Shown here: positions 60,295 through 64,000 of the stretch, piece by piece
Numbering within the stretch: the first letter of the stretch is position 1
How the letters are laid out: each line of letters opens with the position of its first letter
Assembly: GCA_009103225.1 (NCBI GenBank)
Contig: RHPI01003642.1
Span: forward strand, 1,255,088-1,319,087
Direction: 5' to 3'
DNA from: Chlorokybus atmophyticus
Lineage: Eukaryota > Plantae > Mesostigma and Chlorokybus algae
DNA length: 64,000 bases
The notes under the pieces: model-generated
What the model was told of the DNA's origin: nothing
Database searches by the model: none
The model's input: the letters and a program-made list of their open reading frames with translations, nothing else
Position numbers and translations under genes: made by a program

Positions 60295-62260
60295 TCACGT
60301 GGAAGTGCAGTGAGCTTTCACCCAATACTTGCCCTCTTATACACGGGCGGTGTCCTTGTCAAACATAGGGAGCCGCTGGACAATGCCTTTTACTTGCTCC
60401 AGAGTCACGACGTCGAGATGTGGACCCCCTCGACGCTTTTCCCATTTCAGAGCGATGCGATTTGTGTCGCTCGTCACATCCAGCTTCGTGTACCAGCGGA
60501 CAAACACGACCTCCTTTCACACGCTTTCACGCGCTCGCCGCTACCACCCCGCACCACCACGCGCAGAAAAAAGAGTGCCTGAGCCCACCACGTCACGTTC
60601 ACACCGTCCTCATCACCTTCCAACTCAAGTGTAGAGAACCAAGGCCGCCCATAGGAACATCCCAGTTGCGCGCGCCATGCTGACTCCTGACGTCATGTAT
60701 ACCGCTGCGCCTCCGCTCACCACGCGAACAGCACGCCACCCGTCGGCCAACTTCAGCTGTTCCCTCCTCAACCAGCTGTCCAGGTGGCAGGCAGCTTGTC
60801 GGCAAATGGAGTATGCAGGGCAACTTGGCGGCTACGCGCAAATTCGCACCAGTACGGGCTGGACTCCCTCCTTATCAGCACATCCATCCGTAGCAACTTG
60901 TCCGTCTTCTCTATTACATTGCAGCACTGCTGCCGCGCCTGCGCTATGACCGAGCGCATCTCGGGATCCACGACCATGCCATCCTCTCTCACATATTCCA
61001 CACAGCTCCATGCCTTCAGGATACGCGCCTGGTAGTCCCGGTTGTTGCCACCACACGCCCACCGTTTGATATTTTGGGCGTGCGTCTGCTCCATGCGGTT
61101 GGCGCTGAACCAATCTGGGTGTCCACTGCTAACAATTGCCGGCCCAAAACGAGTGAGCTGATGCATCTTCTTGATCTTCTAACCTGGCTTCTGTGCAGAA
61201 TATGACGACAGTAGCGGATGCAACATTGCAGCTTTGAAGGCAGCCAGCTTATTATCGGCTGTGGTCAGGGTCTCTCTTGTGTGTTCATGCGCCTAGAGCA
61301 ACTTCTTGTTCCACTGGGCAAGCGATGCAGCAGCAATGGTGAAGAAATCGTTGCCCTTACTGTCGAGCAGCAAACCGACTGCAAGGACCGGCAGCAGCTG
61401 CAGCATCACCATTTTCTCCACCACCTGAAAGGAGTGGTCGGACAGGAAGAAATCTACTGTGCTTATGGGTGCCTTGAAGTGTGAAACCCGTAGAGTCGCC
61501 TTGCATGCATTCAGCTTGTGCACATCTGCTTGTGAGCACGTGTCATGGGCCTTTGTGTTCAATATATATAAAAGCAACAGCAAAGATGTGCCTGGCCTGC
61601 ACAATCTGTCTCGTGCATGGACACATTCGTTCCTTCGCAGCGTCGTACACAGCCGCAAGCAGGTGGTCAATGATGCCTCCCAGCACAATCATTGCGTCAG
61701 GGGCAAGACGAGAGTAGCAGTCAGCTCCCGGCACCCGCGACTGTCGCCAACCCTACAGTGCATTCCGTTGCCAAACCGCATTGTCTGGTACGGAAAGCCA
61801 TTCATCCTCACGAATGCCGGTAATTTGACCATTACCTCCTCGACATGCATGGAGTGCTGCTCTTTGCAAGCCTTGGCTGTCTGGCGTGCATTCCTAACAC
61901 CGCTATGCAGGTCCGCCCGCAGCTGACGTATTGCTGATGTGTAGAAGGCCTCGGTGCTCAATTCCCGGTCCTCATCCATCTCCAACAGATCTGATTTGGT
62001 GACGAGACAAACATCGCAAGGATGTCGTGTTTGGATGCCCGACACAGTGCGTGCGAGTGTGGCAATCTCCTACAACACGACAAACTCAGATGCTCTACTG
62101 ACAACATCTTCCATGCACTGTTTGCTGGCAGGCTGCATTCGGTTACAACCATGCATGCCCACTACCTGCAAGTTGCTGATGTAGCTGGCAAGCGTGGGAA
62201 ACACACGACGCTCGATGCCATTCGGGTCGATGAGCTGCAGACCTTCCCAACTCGCCCGCT
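60295..62260 (-). pseudogene. Plavaka-type transposase, degenerate and 5'-truncated
   Basis: WEGLQLIDPNGIERRVFPTLASYISN; HPCDVCLVTKSDL; KKMHQLTRFGP...NRMEQTHAQNIKRWACGGNNRDY; VVFVRWYTKL...DVVTLEQVKGIVQRLPMF. Spliceosomal introns present. Confidence 0.8.
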
Positions 62261-62299
62261 TCACATCCACAGGGCTTTTTACGCGGCCCGTAGACCACG

Positions 62300-62640
62300 T
62301 CGCCACAGCGTACCAGTGCCGCGACTGGTCCGGCCCCGAAGCCGGACGACCTGGTCCAAATGACCGGACCAGGACTGGTCGCATGCTCCGCGGCCTATGC
62401 ACCAGTGCAGCATTGGTACCGTACGCGTGCAACCGGAAGGACCAGGGCTGGTCGCTTGCCCCGCGGCCTGCGTACCAGTGAAGCACTGGTGCAGCACGCG
62501 GTTCAAGGGCTGGTCGCATGCTCCGCGGCCTATGAGCCAGCGCAGCACTGGTCCGGTACCAAGGCGGTCAGTAGCGCACCAGTCATGGTCCTGTGCCAGC
62601 GACAGGACCAGTGCTGGTCGCGTGCTCCGCCAGAGGACTT
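62300..62640. repeat. GC-rich tandem repeat (60-70-bp units) with internal hairpins
   Basis: Four or five copies of GGCTGGTCGCATGCTCCGCGGCCT...ACCAGTGCAGCACTGGT. Confidence 0.8.
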
Positions 62641-62855
62641 TGTTAGTACACATGCACAGTACGCATGCATAGGGTGCATTGCTTACGAACCATGCATGGT
62701 ACGGCGACCGGCTGCTTAATACAATACCGCTGACTCAATGGATGGGATCGAGCGTACGTCAGCAGAACGCGCAGGCAGCCTGCAGTTTGTAGTCATCCGC
62801 GCAGGCTGGTCAATGCAATCTGCTGAGCTGTCGTTGCTGGTGCTGCGGTCCAAGC

Positions 62856-62890
<35 letters not shown>

Positions 62891-64000
62891 GGGTGGTGCG
62901 GGCCGTGGTAGTAAGCGGCGGGTTGCTTGTTGAATGTTGCTTCGCTGCTGCTGGAAGCCAAAGCACTCATGTACCGTAGCATTGTTATTGTAGTCTTGGT
63001 GCAAGCATGCGCAGTGTGACAGTGGCCGCTGCTGCTGTTGTTGCTGTTGCGGTTGAGGTTGTGGTTGGCTTACTACTGGTAGTTTGTGAGATGGGCGCCT
63101 CTTGCTTGACCTGCCGGCAGCAATTGCTGTTGAAATGCTGCTGGTGCTTATACATGCATGAGAGCAAGTTGCGAATGCATGTGTTTGCTTTGCAGTGTGA
63201 ACAGCTGCTGGCAGCTGACGTAATTGTTGCTGCACAACTATGCTTGCGATTGATAAGAATGCAGACCTTTTGTCTTGTGCAGGCATACCAAGTCGGCAGC
63301 TGAAGGCTGCTAGCTTGGTCACAATTGTAGTTGATCTATGCAACTGAGCATGGTAACTTTTGTGCAGAAGCTACGTGCCTTGTGTCCGCAGCTGTGACTT
63401 GGCTAGCTGTTAAAGTAGTCACTCACATGAAGTACTTTGCATAGTTGCTGGTGCAAGCTGACTTGTAAGAAGTCGTGCAGGCGGATCATTCGCCTGCATG
63501 ATTGAGCATGATGCTCAAGTAAAGTGCTGCCAACCAGAAGTTGCTTCAAGCAACTCCAGTGAGCCAGTGGCAGAGGAGGCATGGATGGTGCCATTCATCG
63601 AGCAGTTGGCATCTATACAACGCCTGCTTGCAGGTGCCATGAGAGTAAGCACTTGTGTATGTATGTGCTGAAAGTACACCCACACAATGCTTGTAGGCGC
63701 GCGAGTGCGTGTGCATAGTCATGCGTGTATGCATGTGTGCATACACGCAGTGTATGTTTACGTGTGTGTGCGTGCATGTGCTTACGCGCGTGTATGCATG
63801 ACTGTTTGTGCACGTACACACATATAATACTTGACACATGTGTCAACAGTCATTGCACAGGCACAGGTGACCCGGGGTGTACTGTTGGTGGGGGAAGCTC
63901 GTTGCTGCTGCTATGCTCAGGGCGCGGGACCAGGGGGTGCTGCAAGTAGATGCACCTGCTGGACCTCAAGGTGAGCGGACGGGGGGGGGGGGGGGGGGGG

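Noticed and set aside
60142-60582. 146-aa plus-strand ORF
   Set aside because: Codon-aligned antisense shadow of the Plavaka C-terminus.
63863-63869. ACAGGTG as the right terminus matching CACCTGT at 47724
   Set aside because: Only 7 bp match, with no subterminal repeats or TSD.
62716-64000. Gln/Ala-rich minus-strand gene fragments at the window end
   Set aside because: Splice-like signals exist, but there is no consistent frame or recognisable domain, so it is not supportable as a feature.

Overview
Eukaryotic nuclear DNA, most likely from a green alga (Viridiplantae): it carries a chlorophyllide a oxygenase gene, GT-AG introns and an extensin-like SPPPP tract. The species cannot be determined from the sequence. 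Three host genes look intact: an RMND1/DUF155-family gene (13.1-15.6 kb, +), a cyclophilin (15.8-17.8 kb, -) and CAO (40.5-42.6 kb, +). There is also a decayed cyclophilin duplicate and a frameshifted secreted EGF/PAN/Pro-rich pseudogene. The rest is mostly nested transposons. At 1-12.2 kb, two pogo-type elements and an Academ/XPG-type element all sit in one small LTR element (TRIM). At 26.5-37.4 kb there is a Ty3/gypsy nest with a three-LTR element and TRIMs. Two Penelope-like RT remnants lie at 43.7-47.6 kb. A near-intact hAT (56880-60030) has 17-bp TIRs and an 8-bp TSD, and a Plavaka-type transposase lies at 60.3-62.3 kb. The most striking feature is a decayed plus-strand cassette at ~52-60 kb. 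It encodes an OTU protease, a RING-like finger and an intron-split Tudor domain fused in frame to a phage/bacterial-type C5-cytosine methyltransferase. It is interrupted by the hAT and lies tail-to-tail with the Plavaka transposase. Domain calls are from motif recognition by eye, not database searches.
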